The notes below the pieces were generated by a model that did no database searches, was not told the DNA's origin, and was given only the letters and a program-made list of their open reading frames with translations. A stretch of DNA of 29,206 bases from a virus (Duplodnaviria; Caudoviricetes), in the IMG/VR virus record IMGVR_UViG_3300030372_002816, positions 1 to 29,206 of that record. One strand, 5' to 3'. This document shows, in pieces, positions 1 to 6,454 of the stretch. Numbering within the stretch: the stretch's first letter is position 1; each line of letters opens with the position of its first letter. Made by a program: the position numbers and the translations under genes.

Positions 1-110
1 GGCTCTGTCGGTGGGCTCTCCCGGTGGGCTCTCGGTGGGCTCTCCCGGTGGGCTCTGTCGGTGGGCTCTCCCGGTGGGCTCTCGGTGGGCTCTCGGTGGG
101 CTCTGTGTCG
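1..110. repeat. Tandem array of GGTGGGCTCT(C/CCC/GTC) units, 11-13 bp period
   Basis: 8 full copies starting at 10, 23, 34, 47, 60, 73, 84, 95 plus a partial copy at 1; runs off the window edge. Confidence 0.95.
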
Positions 111-120
111 CCAGTCCAAC

Positions 121-145
121 AAAAAAGCCCGCCGAACGGCGGGCT
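121..145 (-). terminator. Intrinsic terminator of the leftward 883/353 operon
   Basis: Minus strand AGCCCGCC-GTTC-GGCGGGCT hairpin running into a T6 tract, 25 nt downstream of the 171 stop. Confidence 0.85.
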
Positions 146-170
146 CTCATGGTTGGATTATTGGGGGGGG

Positions 171-353
171 TTAGTTCTTCGCGTGGTTGAGTTGTCTACC
201 CCGTTCGATAATTAGAAGGGCAAACGTCTTACATACTCCATGGTGACTGGCGAAGGCTTGAACCGTTAAAAAGTTCTTGAACCAATCTAGGTAGAGGAGT
301 TCGGGGTCAAGTCCGGTCTTGTTGTAAACGAATTTGTCAAATTCGAGAGTCAT
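171..353 (-). CDS. Small phage protein (60 aa), LYLDWFxNFLTVxxFAxHxG motif
   Basis: SD GAAAGGA 6 nt before ATG; follows the 883 gene; motif resembles small early-region proteins of other tailed phages. Confidence 0.8.
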   Translation of the reverse strand: MTLEFDKFVYNKTGLDPELLYLDWFKNFLTVQAFASHHGVCKTFALLIIERGRQLNHAKN

Positions 354-364
354 TGGGATTCCTT

Positions 365-883
365 TCAGTTCGTGCGGTAAACGTAGAAGAGCGAACCATC
401 AGGGGCTTCGTATTCGTATTCTTTATCATCGTAGGTGGAGAGAAAATGTGCATGACCGTCTTCGTCGCAAGCGTCCTTTGCGAATTTCTCAACGTCTTCA
501 ATCAACCGTTCGCGAATAGCGTTGCCACCTTCATAAAGTTCAGCGGATGCTTTGAGCATTTCTGTCACATGCTCGACACTTTCCCCATTACGCAACTTCC
601 CGTTGCGCTCCATCCAATCGGCAATCCACGCGGGAAGAAAAGCCCAAAGACTCTCGCGGATGTAGTTCAGTGCCTTTTCCTCTCTATCGGCTTCCGAGAG
701 AACCATAAACATGCGCCCTGCAGAACGGAACTCACCCCGCAAGTCTGCCTGATTAAACTCTTTGGTCCCGTTGTCCCATGACCACTCCGAGAGTTCGAAG
801 TCGGACTCGCCCATGAATTCCATGTGTTGGAAGAAGACCGAGTGATAGTTAGATATCGCGTTAGCGTTTGCTTGCTTGTTCAT
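365..883 (-). CDS. Acidic putative early protein (172 aa), possible DNA-mimic/anti-restriction-like
   Basis: SD GAAAGG 7 nt before ATG; about 35 D/E vs 18 K/R; C-terminal IEDVEKFAKDACDEDGHAHFLSTYDDKE...FYVYRTN loosely recalls ArdA-like C-termini; function inferred. Confidence 0.8.
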   Translation of the reverse strand: MNKQANANAISNYHSVFFQHMEFMGESDFELSEWSWDNGTKEFNQADLRGEFRSAGRMFMVLSEADREEKALNYIRESLWAFLPAWIADWMERNGKLRNGESVEHVTEMLKASAELYEGGNAIRERLIEDVEKFAKDACDEDGHAHFLSTYDDKEYEYEAPDGSLFYVYRTN

Positions 884-904
884 GTTTGAACCTTTCAGTT
901 AGTG

Positions 905-934
905 GGGCAGAATTGCCCGCTCACAGTATATCGG
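905..934 (-). promoter_or_regulatory. Putative promoter (-10 TATACT within CCGATATACT) and 5' hairpin for the 883 gene
   Basis: Minus strand CCGATATACT at 934-925, then a GGGCA-ATTC-TGCCC hairpin (918-905) directly before the ACTAACTGAAAGG leader; same CGATATACT at 9958-9950; no clear -35. Confidence 0.55.
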
Positions 935-969
935 CGGATTCGGGGTAGGGCTTTCCTTTTATAAAGAAG

Positions 970-1040
970 GTGGAACATTTTGTCCTGTGGGACATTCTGT
1001 CCAAAGTGGGACATTCTGTCCAAGGTGGGACATTTTGTCC
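970..1040. repeat. Array of four palindromic GGACA-N3-TGTCC sites (operator-like)
   Basis: Copies at 973 (GAACA variant), 990, 1009, 1028; spacing 17/19/19; each preceded by GTG. Confidence 0.9.
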
Positions 1041-1090
1041 TGTGGTGCTTCTTCAAATCTCACACGGTCGGCTCAAACGATTTTGCCACT

Positions 1091-1169
1091 AATGGCAACG
1101 AATTGTCATTAGGGAGGCTTATTGGCAACGGATTGTCATTAAGGGGCTTATTGGCAACTTATTGCCATT
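1091..1169. repeat. Array of three palindromic A(A/T)TGGCAA-N4-TTG(T/C)CATT sites
   Basis: Copies at 1091-1110, 1121-1140, 1150-1169 (29-30 bp period); degenerate half-site at 1083-1090. Confidence 0.9.
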
Positions 1170-1179
1170 AAGAAGGCCT

Positions 1180-1281
1180 CTGAGAAATATCGCTGAGAAA
1201 TATCACTGAGAAATATTGCTGAGAAATATTGCTGAGAAATATGACTGAGAAATATGACTGAGAAATATGACTGAGAAATAT
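1180..1281. repeat. Eight tandem 13-bp direct repeats CTGAGAAATAT-NN (iteron/DUE-like)
   Basis: Copies at 1180, 1193, 1206, 1219, 1232, 1245, 1258, 1271; invariant 11-mer, variable 2 nt. Confidence 0.95.
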
Positions 1282-1338
1282 TCAATGCCTGGTGCAACTT
1301 GGTTCGATATGGTTTATGCTGTCCCATGGCATGTTGCC

Positions 1339-1397
1339 CACTGAGGGGCTTGCTCTGTGATAAGGCAAAATCGGGACAGAGTGAGCCCCTTACAGTG
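1339..1397 (+). promoter_or_regulatory. Long 5'-UTR hairpin upstream of the lysozyme gene
   Basis: CACTG/CAGTG plus a 15-bp stem 1344-1358 / 1376-1390 with two G.U pairs that form only on the + strand. Confidence 0.65.
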
Positions 1398-1420
1398 CCA
1401 AAGAATTGAAAGGAACTGAA

Positions 1421-1816
1421 ATGATTACAACACTCATCGCATCTATCGCACTCTCTATCGACATGACACCACTTGAACGTGCTATCTGGAAGGTGGAAAC
1501 CAACTGTCGCACTGGCGAAATCTGGGGGGATAACCATACAAGTGCGGGCGCATTGCAAATAGGGGCTCTTTATTTTCAGGACTCTGGTATCAAGGGTAAA
1601 TGGCCCCAGGCTGTGTTTGACTTGGACACCAGCGTTCTCTGCTTCCGTGGGTATATGAAGCGTTACGCCAAGCCCCACCGAATCCCAGAAGGTATGAGTG
1701 TTGAAGAGTTCAAGGCTCGTTCTCATGTCGGTGGCCCCCGTGGTCCCTTCAGAAAGTCATCGCTTCCCCACTGGAACAAGGTTAAGGCAGAACTGGAGAA
1801 AGCAAACAATGAATAA
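1421..1816 (+). CDS. Lysozyme-fold muramidase with i-type lysozyme/destabilase-like motifs and hydrophobic N-terminus (131 aa)
   Basis: AIWKVET (putative catalytic Glu), GDN..SAGALQI...YFQD, YMKRY, ARSHVGGPRG, HWNKV; SD GAAAGGA favours ATG 1421 over TTG 1406. Confidence 0.8.
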   Translation: MITTLIASIALSIDMTPLERAIWKVETNCRTGEIWGDNHTSAGALQIGALYFQDSGIKGKWPQAVFDLDTSVLCFRGYMKRYAKPHRIPEGMSVEEFKARSHVGGPRGPFRKSSLPHWNKVKAELEKANNE

Positions 1817-2621
1817 CCCTTATCTCCTAGAGAGTCAAACAGCCATCTCATTCTCTGGTGGACGGACTTCTGGGTTCATGCTTTGGAATATCATGCAGGC
1901 TCATGGGGGACAAATCCCAGATGACATCTTGGTTTGCTTTCAGAACACTGGGCTGGAACATCCTGCAACCTATGACTTCATCGTTGAAGTTCAAGAGAAG
2001 TGGAACATTCCAATCGTCTGGCTAGAACTCAAAATCACTGACGAAGGATATGGGTTCAAGTTGGTTAACAAAGAAACTGCTGCACGAGCGGGTGAACCAT
2101 TTGCTGATTTGATCCGCAAAAGAAAATATCTGCCCAACCCCATTGCTAGGTTCTGCACTGTTGAACTCAAGATCAAAACTCTAGAGAGATACATCAAGAA
2201 TGTTTTGGGGTGGGAAGAATGGGATAATGCCATTGGCCTACGGGCTGATGAACCAAGAAGAGTTGCCAGAATGAAGGCAGATGACCGTAACCTTACCCCT
2301 GTTGCGGATGCGGGCCACACCAATGAGGATGTCATGCGGTTCTGGGAATCCCACCCGTTTGATCTGAAACTACCTGGTGGAAATAACGATTTTGGAAATT
2401 GTGTCGGTTGCTTCTTGAAGGGCAGAGGCAAACTTGAAAAGATCATGGATAGCAACCCCGCCCACTTTGAGTGGTGGGTGGAAATGGAAAAGGAGATGGG
2501 TTCAACCTTCAGAAGTGATCGTCCCACTTATCAGCAAATGCTCACCCAACTGACCATACAGGGACGTTTGTTTGATGATCGTATTGATGATGACACAGTT
2601 CCTTGTACCTGCTTTGACTAA
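1809..2621 (+). CDS. PAPS reductase-like / adenine nucleotide alpha-hydrolase (PP-loop) family phage protein (270 aa)
   Basis: ISFSGGRTSGFM PP-loop, FQNTGLEH, RFCTVELK, IGLRADEPRR, GNCVGCFLK, terminal CTC; ATG 1809 overlaps the upstream stop. Confidence 0.9.
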   Translation: MNNPYLLESQTAISFSGGRTSGFMLWNIMQAHGGQIPDDILVCFQNTGLEHPATYDFIVEVQEKWNIPIVWLELKITDEGYGFKLVNKETAARAGEPFADLIRKRKYLPNPIARFCTVELKIKTLERYIKNVLGWEEWDNAIGLRADEPRRVARMKADDRNLTPVADAGHTNEDVMRFWESHPFDLKLPGGNNDFGNCVGCFLKGRGKLEKIMDSNPAHFEWWVEMEKEMGSTFRSDRPTYQQMLTQLTIQGRLFDDRIDDDTVPCTCFD

Positions 2622-2809
2622 TGCCAAGAAAGAACAAACGTATGAAACAGAAGAAGTTTGAGCCCCTTACTGTTCAGATTAGAGATGAAAGAACCCTGAT
2701 GGCACTGGCAGAATGGGTGGCTAAACAACCAATCCAAGTCTCTATGCACAAAGCCGCTTGCTTTCATATCAACAAAAGCATTAGGCAGGGAGAGAGTTCT
2801 AAGGGATAA
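2621..2809 (+). CDS. Small basic protein, ribbon-helix-helix (Arc/CopG-like) DNA-binding candidate (62 aa)
   Basis: TAATG coupling; basic N-terminus, strand-like PLTVQI followed by two predicted helices. Confidence 0.6.
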   Translation: MPRKNKRMKQKKFEPLTVQIRDERTLMALAEWVAKQPIQVSMHKAACFHINKSIRQGESSKG

Positions 2810-3134
2810 TCGGACCAATGCGGCGGGCTGGATGCTGCACGGAGCGTCGGTGGGTCATCTCATCGGCGCTCTTTTCTTTATGGCACTGTTCGCAAATGCC
2901 TTGCAAATTGGTGTGTGAGTCATCCCCCCCCAGGTGGATTGGTTTGATGTGGTCTACTTGCTGAGATGCCTGGTTCTTGCAGACCTGACAGATTGGGTCA
3001 CGATTGAGAATGTAAGCCCTAAGAATACGCCAGCGATGGCCCCTGGGGTGGTTGGACTTCTCACGAGAGTGCCGCTTGTTCCGAGCCCCCAAGTCTCGCA
3101 AAGAACCATCGCCATTCACAACCTTGATTGTCAT
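2799..3134 (-). CDS. HNH endonuclease, HK97 gp74-like packaging cofactor
   Basis: WRILRAYILNRDPICQVC...VDHIKPIHLGGDDSHTNLQGICEQCHKEKS. Confidence 0.92.
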   Translation of the reverse strand: MTIKVVNGDGSLRDLGARNKRHSREKSNHPRGHRWRILRAYILNRDPICQVCKNQASQQVDHIKPIHLGGDDSHTNLQGICEQCHKEKSADEMTHRRSVQHPARRIGPIIP

Positions 3135-3586
3135 CTTTTTCTCCCTGAATGGTTTGCCATCAGTGCCGCAACTAGCAGCAAGCCTGAGCCTGGTTCTGGC
3201 AAATAAAGTTGTGTCTCAAATTCTCTAAAGATTTCAGTTGGCTGATTATCAACTCTTAGGTTGACCAACAAAGGGGGTAGGTATCCGAATAAACTATCAC
3301 CATGAAATACTTGACGATTTGGGATTGGTTTGTAGGTGTCGGCCTGGCTTGTATAGGAACGGGTATCTGTTTGTGGCTTTTCAGAAAGTGTTGTTGCTTT
3401 TTGAACCGTGTCTGTAATGGACAATGCCTTGTCGAGAAGTTCCGCCCCAACAAGTGCTGTAAGCACCGCTAAAATCAAGATCAGCAGATTGCAACGGTTC
3501 TCTAACTTGCGAACCTCTACCTTGCATTGGTCTGCTTCTCGACTTTCTTGGGCTTGTCTCTTTTGGCAAACCGGGCAGTCTGTCAC
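3131..3586 (-). CDS. Membrane protein with N-terminal TM helix and C-terminal PEP-CTERM-like sorting signal (151 aa)
   Basis: CPVC, coiled coil, TM LLILILAVLTALVGA; ends LPEPGSGLLLVAALMANHSGRKR; 4-nt overlaps with both neighbours. Confidence 0.8.
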   Translation of the reverse strand: MTDCPVCQKRQAQESREADQCKVEVRKLENRCNLLILILAVLTALVGAELLDKALSITDTVQKATTLSEKPQTDTRSYTSQADTYKPIPNRQVFHGDSLFGYLPPLLVNLRVDNQPTEIFREFETQLYLPEPGSGLLLVAALMANHSGRKR

Positions 3587-4632
3587 TCACAATCCCCCCA
3601 CTCTGAGAGAACTTTGACGATGGCGTTGAAGCCGTTGCTTGTCTGGTAGTGGTAGCGATAGCCAGCAACATCTCCCAGAACTTGCAGCAAGTCTTGAAAC
3701 CCCACCACGCCATCTTCATTCAGGTCTGACGGACACGAGTTGTCCGCGTAGTAACAAACTTGGTATGGCGACGGTTCACACGGATGGTTATTGCCACAAG
3801 CAAAGCGAACAACGCCAGCAGATATGAACGAGTCGGGACCAGTGAACCGAGCGATATGAAACGAACCGGGCCACTTCTCACTCATCCAATCAACGTCAGC
3901 GTCCCATCGGATCAGGTCGCCGTAGTCATTTTGTGATGGAGCCGAGCAGCACCGTTCGCTCGGAATTTCTCCTACGGGTTGAGGAGGCCAAGCCTTGACG
4001 ACTTGGTTGTATGACTCGCGTGGGGTTATCAAATCCTTGTGCTGCTGTTGCACCAGAGGCCAACGGTATTGGTTCTGGTTTCCGTACTTCTTACCCAACT
4101 CCCCGTGCAAAATCCATGAGTCACACCAAGCGTACTCAAGGTCAACGTGGTCAGCCGTTCGTGGACAGCATCCCGGGGGGCCTTCAAACACCCAGTTGAT
4201 CGGGGTGAAGTTCATACCCAGATACATCCACCGTTGGTACGGGTTGGCTTGGATGCAGTCCCAATATTCTCCCGCTCCTGGGCAGAGAATCCCTGTGTCT
4301 TGGTTCCAATAGTCGATGCACTCTTGGCAGTTTTCAAGCCAAGGGTAGACGTTATCTGGTCTTCGGTTCTTGAAGATGTCGCCAATGATTGACCAACTGA
4401 ATGCACGGGCTGGCGACTCGTTTCCACGGGTGCAGCCGATCATGTACGGTCGGCGTGGATCACCGTTGGGGTAAGAGAAGTCAGGATCAAACCCAGTCTG
4501 GATGTATACATCAAACGTCCGACCAAATGGGGTCAAACGCCCTAAGTCATCAACCCACATAGCGACAGCATCAGGATCAGAAGGGGGACCGCTTTGAGCC
4601 AGAAGTAGAGAAAGCAGGGTTTCAATCATCAT
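3583..4632 (-). CDS. Secreted Cys/Trp/Pro-rich protein with C-terminal planctomycete-type dockerin-like (EF-hand) module (349 aa)
   Basis: Signal-like MMIETLLSLLLAQ; C-terminus CPSDLNEDGVVGFQDLLQVL...GFNAIVKVLSEWGDCE; strong SD AGGAGG/GAGG. Confidence 0.82.
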   Translation of the reverse strand: MMIETLLSLLLAQSGPPSDPDAVAMWVDDLGRLTPFGRTFDVYIQTGFDPDFSYPNGDPRRPYMIGCTRGNESPARAFSWSIIGDIFKNRRPDNVYPWLENCQECIDYWNQDTGILCPGAGEYWDCIQANPYQRWMYLGMNFTPINWVFEGPPGCCPRTADHVDLEYAWCDSWILHGELGKKYGNQNQYRWPLVQQQHKDLITPRESYNQVVKAWPPQPVGEIPSERCCSAPSQNDYGDLIRWDADVDWMSEKWPGSFHIARFTGPDSFISAGVVRFACGNNHPCEPSPYQVCYYADNSCPSDLNEDGVVGFQDLLQVLGDVAGYRYHYQTSNGFNAIVKVLSEWGDCE

Positions 4633-4789
4633 CTTTATCCTCTTCCTCCTTAGGGATGTGTTCTAAAACAAAAACCCCACACTTGGGGCAAGTGTAATTA
4701 TTGATAATCAAAAATGAATCTCGCCCATAGTCTTCTCCATCATGGCTTCCGCCGTGAATCAACTCGGCATCGCACTGGGCGCATCTCAT
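4622..4789 (-). CDS. Small zinc-ribbon protein (55 aa), not in ORF track
   Basis: My translation: MRCAQCDAELIHGGSHDGEDYGRDSFLIINNYTCPKCGVFVLEHIPKEEEDKDDD; two CxxC; ATGA overlap with the upstream ORF; fills the gap. Confidence 0.8.
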   Translation of the reverse strand: MRCAQCDAELIHGGSHDGEDYGRDSFLIINNYTCPKCGVFVLEHIPKEEEDKDDD

Positions 4790-4899
4790 CGTTTATTCAT
4801 CCAACGCATAAACCATTCTTTTTGATACATGCCGACAATGTTGCCCGCGAGAAAAACAAGAACTGTGCTGAGAATGTCATTTGTAATAGCGTCAAGCAT
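4786..4899 (-). CDS. Small single-TM membrane peptide (37 aa), not in ORF track
   Basis: My translation: MLDAITNDILSTVLVFLAGNIVGMYQKEWFMRWMNKR; overlaps the 4892 stop by 8 nt and the next ATG by 4 nt. Confidence 0.7.
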   Translation of the reverse strand: MLDAITNDILSTVLVFLAGNIVGMYQKEWFMRWMNKR

Positions 4900-5293
4900 C
4901 TTTGTTGTACCTTTTTCTCTCCCACACCCTGGCGGTATAGAAGACGAGAAGAACCAGTGAAATGATTGCTACGACCTGGGCCACTGGTTTGAGCAATTCA
5001 GGGCCGAGCAAAAGGAATGATGGTGGGATCAAACATAAGATCACACCGATGATGAGTGCCCGTTGACCGGTTCGGGATGGCAAGAAGAGCATGGCGATGA
5101 TGCCCGCAAAAACCGCAATACCACCAACAAGGGACAATGGGAAAAGACTTTGATGAATTTGGGCTTGTTCTATTGTTGCCGCAGTTGGAGTTAGAACCTC
5201 GGGTTGGGCTGGCATCACCCCCTTTATAGAATCAACTAAGCCACCAGTGCTTTGCTGGCAACCGGCAAGCATGGCTAGTGCAGCAAGTCTCAT
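4892..5293 (-). CDS. Putative lipoprotein with three C-terminal TM helices (133 aa), lysis-cassette candidate
   Basis: MRLAALAMLAG-C lipobox; three hydrophobic segments; basic C-terminus. Confidence 0.8.
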   Translation of the reverse strand: MRLAALAMLAGCQQSTGGLVDSIKGVMPAQPEVLTPTAATIEQAQIHQSLFPLSLVGGIAVFAGIIAMLFLPSRTGQRALIIGVILCLIPPSFLLLGPELLKPVAQVVAIISLVLLVFYTARVWERKRYNKDA

Positions 5294-5511
5294 TTGTTCC
5301 GAAGATCCCGTTCAAGCATATCAATCTTGTTCTCAAGACGATTCAAACGCTCAGAATGCAAAGTTTGTGATACAGATACTTCAGATAGGAGCCGGTCGTG
5401 TCGGCTGTATGCAGCAAAAAACCCTGCCATGAGGGTCAACGCCAGTGAGATTATGCCAAGCCAATCTCTTCCACAAAGGGCTACATTTTGCTTATTTTCT
5501 ATTTTCACCAT
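5290..5511 (-). CDS. Single-TM plus coiled-coil protein, holin/XhlA-like (73 aa)
   Basis: TM WLGIISLALTLMAGFFAAY then RLNRLENKIDMLERDL. Confidence 0.7.
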   Translation of the reverse strand: MVKIENKQNVALCGRDWLGIISLALTLMAGFFAAYSRHDRLLSEVSVSQTLHSERLNRLENKIDMLERDLRNK

Positions 5512-5917
5512 TAAATAGCCCTAGAAGTTTCATCAAGAACAAGCCCTGTATTACACCAGAAGCCATGGCGTAAATCCACTCATTGCCTACTTCGGTAATG
5601 GGTTGTGTCTGTCTTGGCCTATCGTGCAACTGGGCATCGGTGAAATACATGCGGGAATGATCTTTGCCTCTACGGCATTTCTTACCCAGGCTCTTTTGGT
5701 AGATTTCTGGAAGCCTTCGCTGCATCACAACTGTCAGCAGGCCACGCCATCTTTGGTCTAAGTCATTTTTGTATTTGTCACGAATCTTCGTCCAGAGTAA
5801 CCAGCCCTCTGAGACAATATCTTCAAGAGTCCATCGCGGAAACTTGGTGAAGTTGGTTCGTTCTGCAAACTCGTGCAAAAACTCAACCACCTCATTTTCA
5901 GTTGGCGATTTCCCCAT
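5492..5917 (-). CDS. Sigma70 region-2-like protein with hydrophobic C-terminal helix (141 aa)
   Basis: LEDIVSEGWLLWTKIRDKY....RWRGLLTVVMQRR resembles EDLxQEGxxxLxxAxxxY...F.TY...; SD GAGG; lies at the lambda Q position. Confidence 0.65.
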   Translation of the reverse strand: MGKSPTENEVVEFLHEFAERTNFTKFPRWTLEDIVSEGWLLWTKIRDKYKNDLDQRWRGLLTVVMQRRLPEIYQKSLGKKCRRGKDHSRMYFTDAQLHDRPRQTQPITEVGNEWIYAMASGVIQGLFLMKLLGLFNGENRK

Positions 5918-6266
5918 TTCTCACTTCTTCTGTTGTAAGCCTGGTTTCACGATGCTTCCATGTCCCTTCGTTCATTGAAAAACTCCACACCGCCAGCGTT
6001 CTAGTTGGACAAGCAAGCCATTCAAGTGCTTGCTCCTTCCGATCGTTGAAAATCTTTTTGACCCTAGTTGCGTGATTCGTGCCCGATGTTGCTTGAATAG
6101 CGAGAGTTTCATTCGGGGATATGGCGATGTAATCTGCAAAGCCCAAGAAGTCCTTCGTTACACGGGTGTTTGGGATTCGCCTTTCGACGAGTTCGATTGT
6201 GTAACCAAGTTCGGTTGCAGTTGCAACAGTGAGAGGGCCGACACGATTGCAGTTACGTTTATTCAT
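5898..6266 (-). CDS. PD-(D/E)XK nuclease, Holliday junction resolvase-like (122 aa)
   Basis: LGYTIELVE...KDFLGFADYIAI....LAIQATS. Confidence 0.75.
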   Translation of the reverse strand: MNKRNCNRVGPLTVATATELGYTIELVERRIPNTRVTKDFLGFADYIAISPNETLAIQATSGTNHATRVKKIFNDRKEQALEWLACPTRTLAVWSFSMNEGTWKHRETRLTTEEVRNGEIAN

Positions 6267-6454
6267 TCATCTTCCTCATCGGCTATTTCTTCTTCATCAG
6301 GCTCAAGATTTCCTTCTTGAACCCAAACCAATAAGAGGGAGATGACTCCCATTATCTCAAATGCTGTAAGTGACCACTCGTTATGCCACCAGCGGAGCCT
6401 GGTACAGAGATCATCAAAGAGTTTATCTGCGGGGTCTTTTGGCATGTCTCGCAA
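6263..6454 (-). CDS. Hypothetical acidic protein (63 aa)
   Basis: TTG start (or ATG 3 codons later) after GCAGGA; ATGA overlap with the 6266 gene. Confidence 0.6.
   Translation of the reverse strand: MRDMPKDPADKLFDDLCTRLRWWHNEWSLTAFEIMGVISLLLVWVQEGNLEPDEEEIADEEDE

Noticed and set aside
1-110. Hairpin telomere or terminal direct repeat
   Set aside because: No protelomerase, no long palindrome, and no matching sequence at the right end
970-1281. Repeat arrays as a CRISPR or mini-CRISPR array
   Set aside because: Intervening sequences are 2-10 nt and similar to each other, not unique 25-45 nt spacers; no cas genes
1363-1378. GGCAAA...GGGAC resembling a c-di-GMP-I riboswitch
   Set aside because: Only 4 nt separate the motifs; the GNRA-capped stem and second hairpin are absent
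1148-1726. 192-aa minus ORF, plus ORFs 24..215 and 980..1171
   Set aside because: Antisense to the lysozyme or translations of repeat arrays; no RBS or protein-like motifs
1698-1808. N-terminal extension of the PAPS-reductase-like ORF
   Set aside because: Overlaps the lysozyme; ATG 1809 has a GGAG SD, coupling and the family's typical start
1809-2621. Complete Dnd/Ssp phosphorothioation system or sulfate-assimilation operon
   Set aside because: No desulfurase, ATPase or cys partner genes in the window
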